The notes under the pieces are model-generated. The model saw only the letters and a list, made by a program, of their open reading frames with translations, was not told the origin of the DNA and did not search any database. 34,779 nucleotides of DNA from assembly GCA_029933115.1 (NCBI GenBank), contig JAOZOT010000005.1:1-34779 (forward strand). The letters are read 5' to 3'. This DNA comes from Anaerolineae bacterium. Lineage in GTDB: Bacteria > Chloroflexota > Anaerolineae > E26-bin7. Within the stretch, counting starts at the first letter, position 1. Each line of letters begins with the position of its first letter. A program made the translations under genes and the position numbers. Shown one piece after another: positions 23,958-31,388 of this stretch.

Positions 23958-23975
23958 TTGGATGAGGATGACACA

Positions 23976-24458
23976 ATGGGCGCTTATGCCACCTACAACT
24001 GGGAATGGGATACCTGGCCCGAACCGCACTGGCGCACGCCACTTACCGACAAGGAGATTCTTCGCTTCACCAAGAAGCTGGTGCGGCATTTCAAGACGCC
24101 GCATCTGCTCATCCGGCGCGCCAAGTATCACGGGCGCGGCGGCGGCAAATATCACTGGACGAACTATTGGTATCATTACGCCGACCTCAGCAAAAATAAA
24201 TCTCGTTTCGTGTATATGCGCACTAATCCCAAGTGCGATCTTTATAACCGCATGATAAAATTGTCCGCCGTCGTGCCGTTCAGCACATTGTTGCACGAGT
24301 TTACCCATCACCTCTGCGACCCGCAAGACCAGAAGGATAGGCGCAACGGTAAAGCACACTATCACGGAAAGCATTTCCGGAAGGCGTTGAAGCGGGTCTA
24401 CAAATGGGCCGAACGCTGGCTGCCTGAACTTGAGGCGGCAAGGAAAACACAACAATGA
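23976..24458 (+). CDS. SprT-like zincin metalloprotease (160 aa)
   Basis: TLLHEFTHH...HGKHFRKAL (HExxH plus downstream HG..F); RBS GAGG before ATG 23976. Confidence 0.8.
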   Translation: MGAYATYNWEWDTWPEPHWRTPLTDKEILRFTKKLVRHFKTPHLLIRRAKYHGRGGGKYHWTNYWYHYADLSKNKSRFVYMRTNPKCDLYNRMIKLSAVVPFSTLLHEFTHHLCDPQDQKDRRNGKAHYHGKHFRKALKRVYKWAERWLPELEAARKTQQ

Positions 24459-24679
24459 AATACATCAGTGCCCGGAAGCTGGCGGCAATGCTGGGCGTGC
24501 CGCGCAACAAAATCCTGGCCGCATTGCACAGCGGCAGAATCCGTTCTGAAAAGGTAGAAGTTACGCGCGTTGAGCGGCGCATCCCGTATTCCGAACTCAG
24601 CCGCGTCCGGCAACTTATGCAGCGAGGCGCTTGGGATTGGGGCAAGCGCGGCAGACCGAGAAAGCACTCAAAGAATTGA
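24455..24679 (+). CDS. Excisionase/MerR-type HTH protein with C-terminal AT-hook
   Basis: YISARKLAAMLGVPRNKILAALHSGRI...RIPYSEL; KRGRPRK; ATGA overlap with the protease gene. Confidence 0.75.
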   Translation: MKYISARKLAAMLGVPRNKILAALHSGRIRSEKVEVTRVERRIPYSELSRVRQLMQRGAWDWGKRGRPRKHSKN

Positions 24680-24692
24680 AGCGTTGAATAAG

Positions 24693-24899
24693 CTATGTCG
24701 GCTTTTCGTCTACATCTGTAGATTTATTCTCTACTCTCTTGCTGAACCCGTCTCCCCTATACACGGGAGTTGGCGGGCTATATGTTCTTTTCGCCTCGCC
24801 ACCGCATACCGGGCATTTCCGGCTGCCATAAGGCGGGCTATCCTCCAGCCGTTCAAAAAGCGTTTTGCAGGCCAGGCAGCGGAACTCATAAAGCGGCAT
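24693..24899 (-). CDS. FmdB-family zinc ribbon protein (68 aa)
   Basis: MPLYEFRCLACKTLFE...CPVCGGEAKRTYSPP...GDGF; RBS AGGAG. Confidence 0.88.
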   Translation of the reverse strand: MPLYEFRCLACKTLFERLEDSPPYGSRKCPVCGGEAKRTYSPPTPVYRGDGFSKRVENKSTDVDEKPT

Positions 24900-24917
24900 C
24901 TGTCTCCTCCGCACGTT

Positions 24918-26090
24918 TCATTTTCTTCTCAGATTGATTGCGTTAAACCAGGTCACTCCCCAGCGCGGATGCACGGCAAACATTGCCTGCATCGCCGGGC
25001 AAGGCCGATCGAATTGGCCGAGCGTATATTCTGTAACGCCCGGAAAACAGCCGCCAAAAATCACCGGCGGACTAAGGCTCAAAAAATGCCAGTGGCCGAA
25101 TTCGCCCCAATCTATGCGTTTGCCCGTATCCTGCTGGATGCGGCTGAGGCGGCGTCGCGCCATGTTCTCTGTGTTGACGCTGGCCTTTATCTTGTCGCCG
25201 TGCTCAAGAAAGAATTGCCAGCCGAATCGGTCTACGATTTCCCAGTCACTATAATCGCTTAGTTCGAATCGGCTTTCTACATTTTCCGGTTTTATGCGCT
25301 CAATCACTTCGTGCAGCGTGTTGTAGGCGACGCGATCCCAATTATCTTCCGGTCGCTTGCCCTGGTAGCGCCCGCCCGACCTTCCGTGATTGCCGCTGCG
25401 GTAGTGAACTGTGACTTTGCGAAACTTCGTTGAAGCGAATATTATCAAGTCGAGCATCAGCTCAACGAAAAGGTTCGCCTGCTCCAGGACGCCCATATCG
25501 GCGCGCCACAACTGGCCGGGGTAAACTCCGCCATCGCCCTCAACAACATCGCCCAAAATATCTATATCCAGCCCGACGAAACCCTTGAAGCCGCCCTGCT
25601 TTTTTTTAATGATGCTGACCATAGCTTCTTTGATACGGTCAAATGAAGCTATCGTTATGCTGGGATCGTAGAAGTTCGACTTCTGATTTTCCTGTGGCCG
25701 CACAACGAGACCGGTATGAACATCGCATATTGTAAGCACAGCGAGTTCAGAATCTTTATCGGGCTTATAAGTCGCGGGCGGCGGTATTTCAATGGGCGCG
25801 AGTTTGTCGGCCATGAGCTTTATCGCCTGAGCGAGTTCGCGCTTCACTTCCAACTGCTTAGCCTCACGCTGCGTCAATCCCAATTCTACATTCGTTGGCT
25901 TTGGTGGAACGACGCCGCCATCCTGCTGGTAAAACGCGCCCATCGCATACATCCAGTAGGAGCGGGCGACACTTTTTTTCATGTTGAATTCATTATGCAT
26001 CGCGCTCCGCTTCCCGTAAGGGTCATCGCGCAAATATTCCATCACACGCTTTAGAGTATCGGTATCCGGTTGGAATGGTGGCGTTGGCAT
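24918..26090 (-). CDS. Calcineurin-like metallophosphoesterase
   Basis: DVH, GDVVEG, GNHGR, HGD, GHWH motifs. Confidence 0.88.
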   Translation of the reverse strand: MPTPPFQPDTDTLKRVMEYLRDDPYGKRSAMHNEFNMKKSVARSYWMYAMGAFYQQDGGVVPPKPTNVELGLTQREAKQLEVKRELAQAIKLMADKLAPIEIPPPATYKPDKDSELAVLTICDVHTGLVVRPQENQKSNFYDPSITIASFDRIKEAMVSIIKKKQGGFKGFVGLDIDILGDVVEGDGGVYPGQLWRADMGVLEQANLFVELMLDLIIFASTKFRKVTVHYRSGNHGRSGGRYQGKRPEDNWDRVAYNTLHEVIERIKPENVESRFELSDYSDWEIVDRFGWQFFLEHGDKIKASVNTENMARRRLSRIQQDTGKRIDWGEFGHWHFLSLSPPVIFGGCFPGVTEYTLGQFDRPCPAMQAMFAVHPRWGVTWFNAINLRRK

Positions 26091-26299
26091 TAATCGTCTC
26101 TCGACAATTCAATCTGCTCGCCGACCTGCTCAATGGGCTGAAGCGGCTTGGTGAAGCCGACAACGTTTGCCCTGGGCGGTTTGCTCGCGAACTCTCCAGC
26201 AAGTTTCATCATTTCGCGCGCCAGGTCAAAATCAACATCATCCTCGACGAGCGTTGCTGCAATCTTGCCGCTGATAAAGAATTTTAATTCAAGCTCCAT
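26090..26299 (-). CDS. Hypothetical protein (69 aa)
   Basis: TGATG and TAATG overlaps with neighbours. Confidence 0.7.
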   Translation of the reverse strand: MELELKFFISGKIAATLVEDDVDFDLAREMMKLAGEFASKPPRANVVGFTKPLQPIEQVGEQIELSRDD

Positions 26300-26826
26300 C
26301 AGGCAAGCGCCATATCGAAATTGCCAATTCCGACGGCGATAAAAACAAGCTCGCTTCTAGGTCGTTCTCTCATTTCAACTCTATCGTTCACGTTTCCTTC
26401 TATCGTTTCTATGTAGGCATCGTGAACGCGCGCGACCATGCCTGTATGCCGGTATCCCGTTGGCCCGCCTTTCACCAAAAACAGGTCGCCGTTTCTGGGA
26501 TTGGTTGTAATCCAGCCGTTTCTTTTCGCATAGCGATATAACGCGCTGCTGCTCCAGCGCAGGCGGCCCAGCGGCGCGAAGGGATTTACTTTACGCAGTA
26601 AGCGCGCCGCGAGAATATAGCAATTCGTTGCAATGCCCGCACACCATTCATATGCGCGCCCTTCATTGCCTTCCATAACCGCGCGGACAATCTTGCCTCG
26701 GTTTTCGCCGCCGGACTCGCAAGCGCCCAGCGCATCGTAAAAAAGCGCCAGCGCCGTTGCACGCAAACTACCGGACGCGACGGCGATAGTCACATTGAAA
26801 TCAGGATTGAAAGGATTGCGCGTCAT
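26299..26826 (-). CDS. CHAP-domain cysteine amidase, putative endolysin
   Basis: EWCAG (catalytic Cys), GDL, HTGMV (catalytic His), TIEGN; no cell-wall-binding domain seen. Confidence 0.85.
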   Translation of the reverse strand: MTRNPFNPDFNVTIAVASGSLRATALALFYDALGACESGGENRGKIVRAVMEGNEGRAYEWCAGIATNCYILAARLLRKVNPFAPLGRLRWSSSALYRYAKRNGWITTNPRNGDLFLVKGGPTGYRHTGMVARVHDAYIETIEGNVNDRVEMRERPRSELVFIAVGIGNFDMALA

Positions 26827-27230
26827 TTCTTATATTCCTTATGAAACTTCTCAAACTCATCGAGCAGGTATTGCGACAGGTGCTCCTCAAAATCATCGCC
26901 CTCCGCTTGCGGCCCAAGTATTGTTACAGTTCCCACGCGCGTGGCGATACCGTAATCGGCAATCAACTTCGGGATTACCGCGCGGGCGAATGCAACCGTT
27001 TCCTCACGATAGCGCGCTGGTATTTCATCGGCATTATCATTGACGAAATCAACCGCCCATTCAGCAGCGAAATCGTCAATGCGGCTCAGGTCAAGCTCCT
27101 GGCCGGTCGCAATGTCCAGCACATAAGACGCGAGCAGCGCCGCGACTTTCGTCTTGTCAAGTTCCGCTTTGCAGCTCGCAGCGCCTATTAGCAGCAGCGC
27201 CACCAGCACGATTAGATAAACTCTTCGCAT
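26823..27230 (-). CDS. Lipoprotein in the lysis region
   Basis: Signal peptide MRRVYLIVLVALLLIG plus lipobox AASC; RBS GGAGGT. Confidence 0.75.
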   Translation of the reverse strand: MRRVYLIVLVALLLIGAASCKAELDKTKVAALLASYVLDIATGQELDLSRIDDFAAEWAVDFVNDNADEIPARYREETVAFARAVIPKLIADYGIATRVGTVTILGPQAEGDDFEEHLSQYLLDEFEKFHKEYKK

Positions 27231-27253
27231 GTCGAAACCTCCATAATTCGTAA

Positions 27254-28267
27254 TTACGCCGTGTGATAACGCACCAGGATACCGCCTTCGAAAGTCAGCA
27301 AATGGTTGGTAACGCGGTCGCCGTCCAGAATGATAATCACCTGCGTTATGCCATCATTGCCGTTGACGTTGAAGGCCGTATCCGCGCGCACTTTAGCCGA
27401 GCAATGTAACTTCTCCAGCGGCGTGGCTACTCCGATACCCACCTTATCCAAGCCCGCGTCTACCTTTATGAGATTAACGTCGGTATCGCCCTCAATGCGG
27501 GTATCTATGTCCGCGCCGGACTCATTGAACACAACCGCGCCTGTAGTTCCAATATCATGGTGCAAAGTGCTATAGTTATCGTAAACTTTCAGGAAGCCGC
27601 TTGCTGTTACTTGTAGCATCCCATTGCCGATTTGCTCGCCGAAGTCAACCTCTCCGATATGGACGGTTCCTTTTGTGGCGTTATCGGTGCTACGGAGTTT
27701 CAAGCTTTCGCTTGCGGCGATTCCGCCTTTTAATATCTGCCCGCCACTCCTGCCCGCCAGCTTTGCATACTGCGTATGGTCGTCATCGGCAAGCCCCGTC
27801 AGCGCCGCGCCGTGGTCAAGCTGTCCGCAATTAGCCGCGTCCTGATGCGTGTGCGTAGGGGTCTCGGAAGCCAGGCCACCGCTGCCCTTCTCCTTCAGAT
27901 ACTGCGGATGGTCATCGTCGCCCAGCCCGCTCAGGCTGCCGTGGTCTATCGCGCTTTCGTCCATACCCAGCGTCACGTAATCGCCGCCGTCGCTGTAGGT
28001 AAGCGGGCTATCAGTTCGCAGCACGCCGTCGTTGTTAGCCGCGCCCAGGAAGCCGGGCGTGGCATCGCCGTCCACGCCGACAAGCTGGTCGGTGCCGCCG
28101 CCGCTAACAGGTGGTGGGTCTGGGCTTGCTGCGCGAAACAGGGAAGTTCCCGTGAGCCGAACTTCCGGTTTACGACACTCCAGCCTGAAGAATCGCGCCA
28201 CCGACCGCAACAGCGTGCGAACGGGATTGTCCGGGTCTTTGATAACAGGGTGTCGGAACATGCTCAT
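27254..28267 (-). CDS. Tail fibre / receptor-binding protein
   Basis: Repeats DHGSLSGLGDDDHPQY / DHGAALTGLADDDHTQY, KVGIGVATP, C-terminal TFEGGILV; last tail gene. Confidence 0.75.
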   Translation of the reverse strand: MSMFRHPVIKDPDNPVRTLLRSVARFFRLECRKPEVRLTGTSLFRAASPDPPPVSGGGTDQLVGVDGDATPGFLGAANNDGVLRTDSPLTYSDGGDYVTLGMDESAIDHGSLSGLGDDDHPQYLKEKGSGGLASETPTHTHQDAANCGQLDHGAALTGLADDDHTQYAKLAGRSGGQILKGGIAASESLKLRSTDNATKGTVHIGEVDFGEQIGNGMLQVTASGFLKVYDNYSTLHHDIGTTGAVVFNESGADIDTRIEGDTDVNLIKVDAGLDKVGIGVATPLEKLHCSAKVRADTAFNVNGNDGITQVIIILDGDRVTNHLLTFEGGILVRYHTA

Positions 28268-30579
28268 GCTACATCTCCTGCATTATAATCTAACAATGTC
28301 AGGGTTATAACGGTGCGCCCTTCTGCGCATTCCACGCTATAGCCCCTGCAAATACCGGTATAGTCAGCGCTGCCGTCATTGTCTTCATCGATCGCGATCG
28401 TCATGCCAAGCTCCGGATATGTTGTAATCGGGCCCTCATACTGATAGGAACGCGCCTGATACCACTTCAGCCTGTTCATTAACTCGAGTCGCCCTAACGT
28501 GATTGCCGCGCCTTCGGATGCCGGGCCGATGTCCAGCATTGCGCAGCGAGCGGGCTTGTTGGCATTCGCACCCCGTATTTTTTTATGTGAATTTGCGGCA
28601 AGTAGAAGCGTCCCGCCATTGTCGGTAGTGTCATCGGTTTGCACGAGCACATACTGGTCGCTGGAGCCGGTAGAGACCTCGAACTCGTGCACAATGCCTT
28701 CGTAGTCATTGTTGAAGGCTGGCAGGCTAAGAAAACGAATGCGTATGCAATTAACGTTCTTTGTGGTGATTTCATCCGACTGCATTTCGATCGTCGCCAG
28801 CGCGTTTGTCTTGCCCTGCGTGGTGAACTTGCCGTAAGCCTTAGCGCCCATTAGCTTCCAGTTACCTGATGCGCTTTGGTGAGTCGAGGTGTTGAAATCA
28901 TCGCAGCCTTCTATACGCACATCCCACGTCTCATCGCCGCCCCTGTCGGAATAGTTGCCAAACACGGCCTTGATATAATCCACCTTATCCGTCGCGGGCG
29001 TCGTTCCCGACCGGAACCAGAAGTAGAGCGAAAAGCCTGTCGATGCGCCGGTTTTCTTGCCCCAGAACTTGGACTCCAGCTTGCCGTCTATCATCAGGTT
29101 CATGCCGGTATTGTCAGCGCCCGTGTATTCCGATGCGCCGCCACCGTCCCAATAGGGATTGCAGTTCGACTTATACTTCCAGCTATCAAGTCCTTCGTTG
29201 CTAGCGGTATCGTGCCACATATAGCTTGACTTGAGCGCATTGCCGCGCACTTCGCTTTCGTAGCGCAGCAGGATGCCGTTTACCAGGTCGTCCACAGTCA
29301 GGTCACGCTCAACCTCTGAGACCTTGTCAAGCGTGATGTCCGGCGTCGCCTTTTGGTATAGCTGTTCCAGCACGTATTTGTTGTTGGTGTGGTCGTAATA
29401 CCTGACTATCTCGTTTTGTAGCGATGCCGCAGCCAGTATCATGTCAAGCGTGCGCCCCGCATATTCGCTGAACCGTGCCGGGCTATAGTCCACGCGATTG
29501 ACAGGCAGCCCCAGCGTTGATACCGCAGCCCCCGCTTTGCGTATCTCGATGTCGCCCGCCTGGAAATTTGCGCCACCGTATTCGTCCGGCGCGGTAACTA
29601 TTGTGTTGAATACGTCAGCCAAGTCCTTCACTGTCCCGCCAAGCGATTCGTCCTCGTCGTAGATTCCGTAATCGCCCTCCGGATTGGTTCCGAACGACTG
29701 GCTGGAAGCAAAGCAGCCGTCCTCCGGCAGCGCGTAATACGTCTTGGGGTCGAGCGTGCCGCCCGTATTCGTTATCTCGACAGCCGCCTCGACACTTATC
29801 TGCTTGGCAATGCGCTCGTATACATTAGCGCCAACCGCATGGTCGGCGGCGGTGGTGCCAAGTTCCGCCCGCGTGACGTTGAGCAGCTTCGCGCTAACAT
29901 GGTCGTAGCCGTCGTAGTAAAACCATTCGCTATCAATTTTCACGAATCCTCGCGCCTGGAAACCCAGCCCCGGCGTGTCCAGCTCTATTTCCGTAACCGT
30001 ATCGCCCGCCAGGAAACCAGTCTTAAGCGTGTCGGCGGCGGCATCGCCGTTCTCGCCTTTGATATAGCAATCATCGCCGCTAACAGAGTTATCGTCGGAG
30101 TCGTTAGGATCGGGCCATATCGTATACATCTTGCTATCGCTGCTGCTGCCCCACGCCTCGCTCTCCTGCATCGGCATATTAACAAGCGTAATCGTGTCAC
30201 TGGTCACGACCCAGACCGAACGCCCGCTGTCGTCGGGGCATAAAGCAGGCCCCAGCGCCGCGCCTTTATCAAGGCATAGCACGACGAGATAATGGCCTTC
30301 GCCAGCATTGTCATAATAAGGCTTCTTGGCAACGAAGCCCTCAAATATGCGCTTTGCGCCGTCGGCCAGCACAACCCGCGAATTCATCATCAGCGGATTG
30401 TTGGCAGCGTCGCTTTCGAGCGAATATTTGCTTACAACGTCCGAGCGTATCAGAAGCGTCAATGTGTCGTCCTGCCCCAGCGCGGCTTCTTTACGGTAGT
30501 TCGCAACAGGCACCGTTGCGCTAGTCCCGCTTGAATCGTATGTTTCGTAAGGGTTGGTAAATGTCGCTGTCAAGCTCAT
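28264..30579 (-). CDS. Tail tip / baseplate hub protein with inserted domains
   Basis: 771 aa, second gene after the tape measure; IFEGFV N-terminus, RAELGTTAADH insertion, PELGMTI C-terminus. Confidence 0.65.
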   Translation of the reverse strand: MSLTATFTNPYETYDSSGTSATVPVANYRKEAALGQDDTLTLLIRSDVVSKYSLESDAANNPLMMNSRVVLADGAKRIFEGFVAKKPYYDNAGEGHYLVVLCLDKGAALGPALCPDDSGRSVWVVTSDTITLVNMPMQESEAWGSSSDSKMYTIWPDPNDSDDNSVSGDDCYIKGENGDAAADTLKTGFLAGDTVTEIELDTPGLGFQARGFVKIDSEWFYYDGYDHVSAKLLNVTRAELGTTAADHAVGANVYERIAKQISVEAAVEITNTGGTLDPKTYYALPEDGCFASSQSFGTNPEGDYGIYDEDESLGGTVKDLADVFNTIVTAPDEYGGANFQAGDIEIRKAGAAVSTLGLPVNRVDYSPARFSEYAGRTLDMILAAASLQNEIVRYYDHTNNKYVLEQLYQKATPDITLDKVSEVERDLTVDDLVNGILLRYESEVRGNALKSSYMWHDTASNEGLDSWKYKSNCNPYWDGGGASEYTGADNTGMNLMIDGKLESKFWGKKTGASTGFSLYFWFRSGTTPATDKVDYIKAVFGNYSDRGGDETWDVRIEGCDDFNTSTHQSASGNWKLMGAKAYGKFTTQGKTNALATIEMQSDEITTKNVNCIRIRFLSLPAFNNDYEGIVHEFEVSTGSSDQYVLVQTDDTTDNGGTLLLAANSHKKIRGANANKPARCAMLDIGPASEGAAITLGRLELMNRLKWYQARSYQYEGPITTYPELGMTIAIDEDNDGSADYTGICRGYSVECAEGRTVITLTLLDYNAGDVA

Positions 30580-31388
30580 TGAATGATCTCCGTAGCAGCG
30601 TCAATGGCAAATGTGATTTCATAAGTGTTAGGATCCATTTTTGCTGGAGATGCAACACCTGGAGCGCAATCAATTATGTAGCCTTCGTATTCCTTGTAGA
30701 AAGCATCCGCATCAGGATTGGGCGTGGCTGTTTGCGCCAAGTCTTCAATGTAGAGCTTGACGCGATTGTGATTGAAATATCGCAACAGGTTCAGATCGTC
30801 CATTTTAAGCGCTGTCTGCCTGCATACTATCGTCGCCGAAGTCGGCCCTGTATATGCGATGTCCGCTTTCTGAAGAGTGCCGTTGATGTCACGGTAGTAT
30901 TTAGAGATATTCGCATCCTGAAGATTGAGCCTCAATGGCGCGCTTAGCGTAACATTGCGCAGCAACGAATAAACCTGAGCCGTAGTCGTAATGCTCGCAG
31001 GCTTACCGCGTATCCAGTAGGCGTTCACGCCATCAACGAGCGTTGGATTCCAGCCCGTGAGCGTCCCCCAGGCAAGCCAGCCGTTTTGCGAGAAGTCGCT
31101 TGTGGAATCGTGGAACGGCGTGAACGCAGTCCAGCCGTTGCTGAGGTGATAAAACTCCCAGGTAATCGCGCCATACGAGCCTGCCGTATGCAGGCGCACG
31201 CCGAAGCTGTAGAAGGCGGCGTCCGCGCCGATGTAAATGTAATCGCTGCTATCGGCCCAGAATGCCTTTGGCGTTCCGGCTTTGGTCGCCATCTCGTCGT
31301 CGTAATCATCGTATGTTGCGCCATTATAGCGGCGGCAATAATCAAAATCGCCCGCCTGCTCGGTCACGCGCACTTCTGCGATGCTCAT
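30576..31388 (-). CDS. Minor tail protein (distal-tail position) with an N-terminal beta-sandwich-like domain
   Basis: Directly after the tape measure; WEFY...W...DSTSDFSQNG...YWIR pattern. Confidence 0.6.
   Translation of the reverse strand: MSIAEVRVTEQAGDFDYCRRYNGATYDDYDDEMATKAGTPKAFWADSSDYIYIGADAAFYSFGVRLHTAGSYGAITWEFYHLSNGWTAFTPFHDSTSDFSQNGWLAWGTLTGWNPTLVDGVNAYWIRGKPASITTTAQVYSLLRNVTLSAPLRLNLQDANISKYYRDINGTLQKADIAYTGPTSATIVCRQTALKMDDLNLLRYFNHNRVKLYIEDLAQTATPNPDADAFYKEYEGYIIDCAPGVASPAKMDPNTYEITFAIDAATEIIQ

Noticed and set aside
23480-24455. Minus-strand ORFs 23480..23914 and 23886..24455
   Set aside because: Antisense to the promoter-supported plus-strand operon; no motifs or RBS
24455-24679. 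Calling this gene a true excisionase
   Set aside because: No integrase or att site found; the fold is shared with many transcriptional regulators
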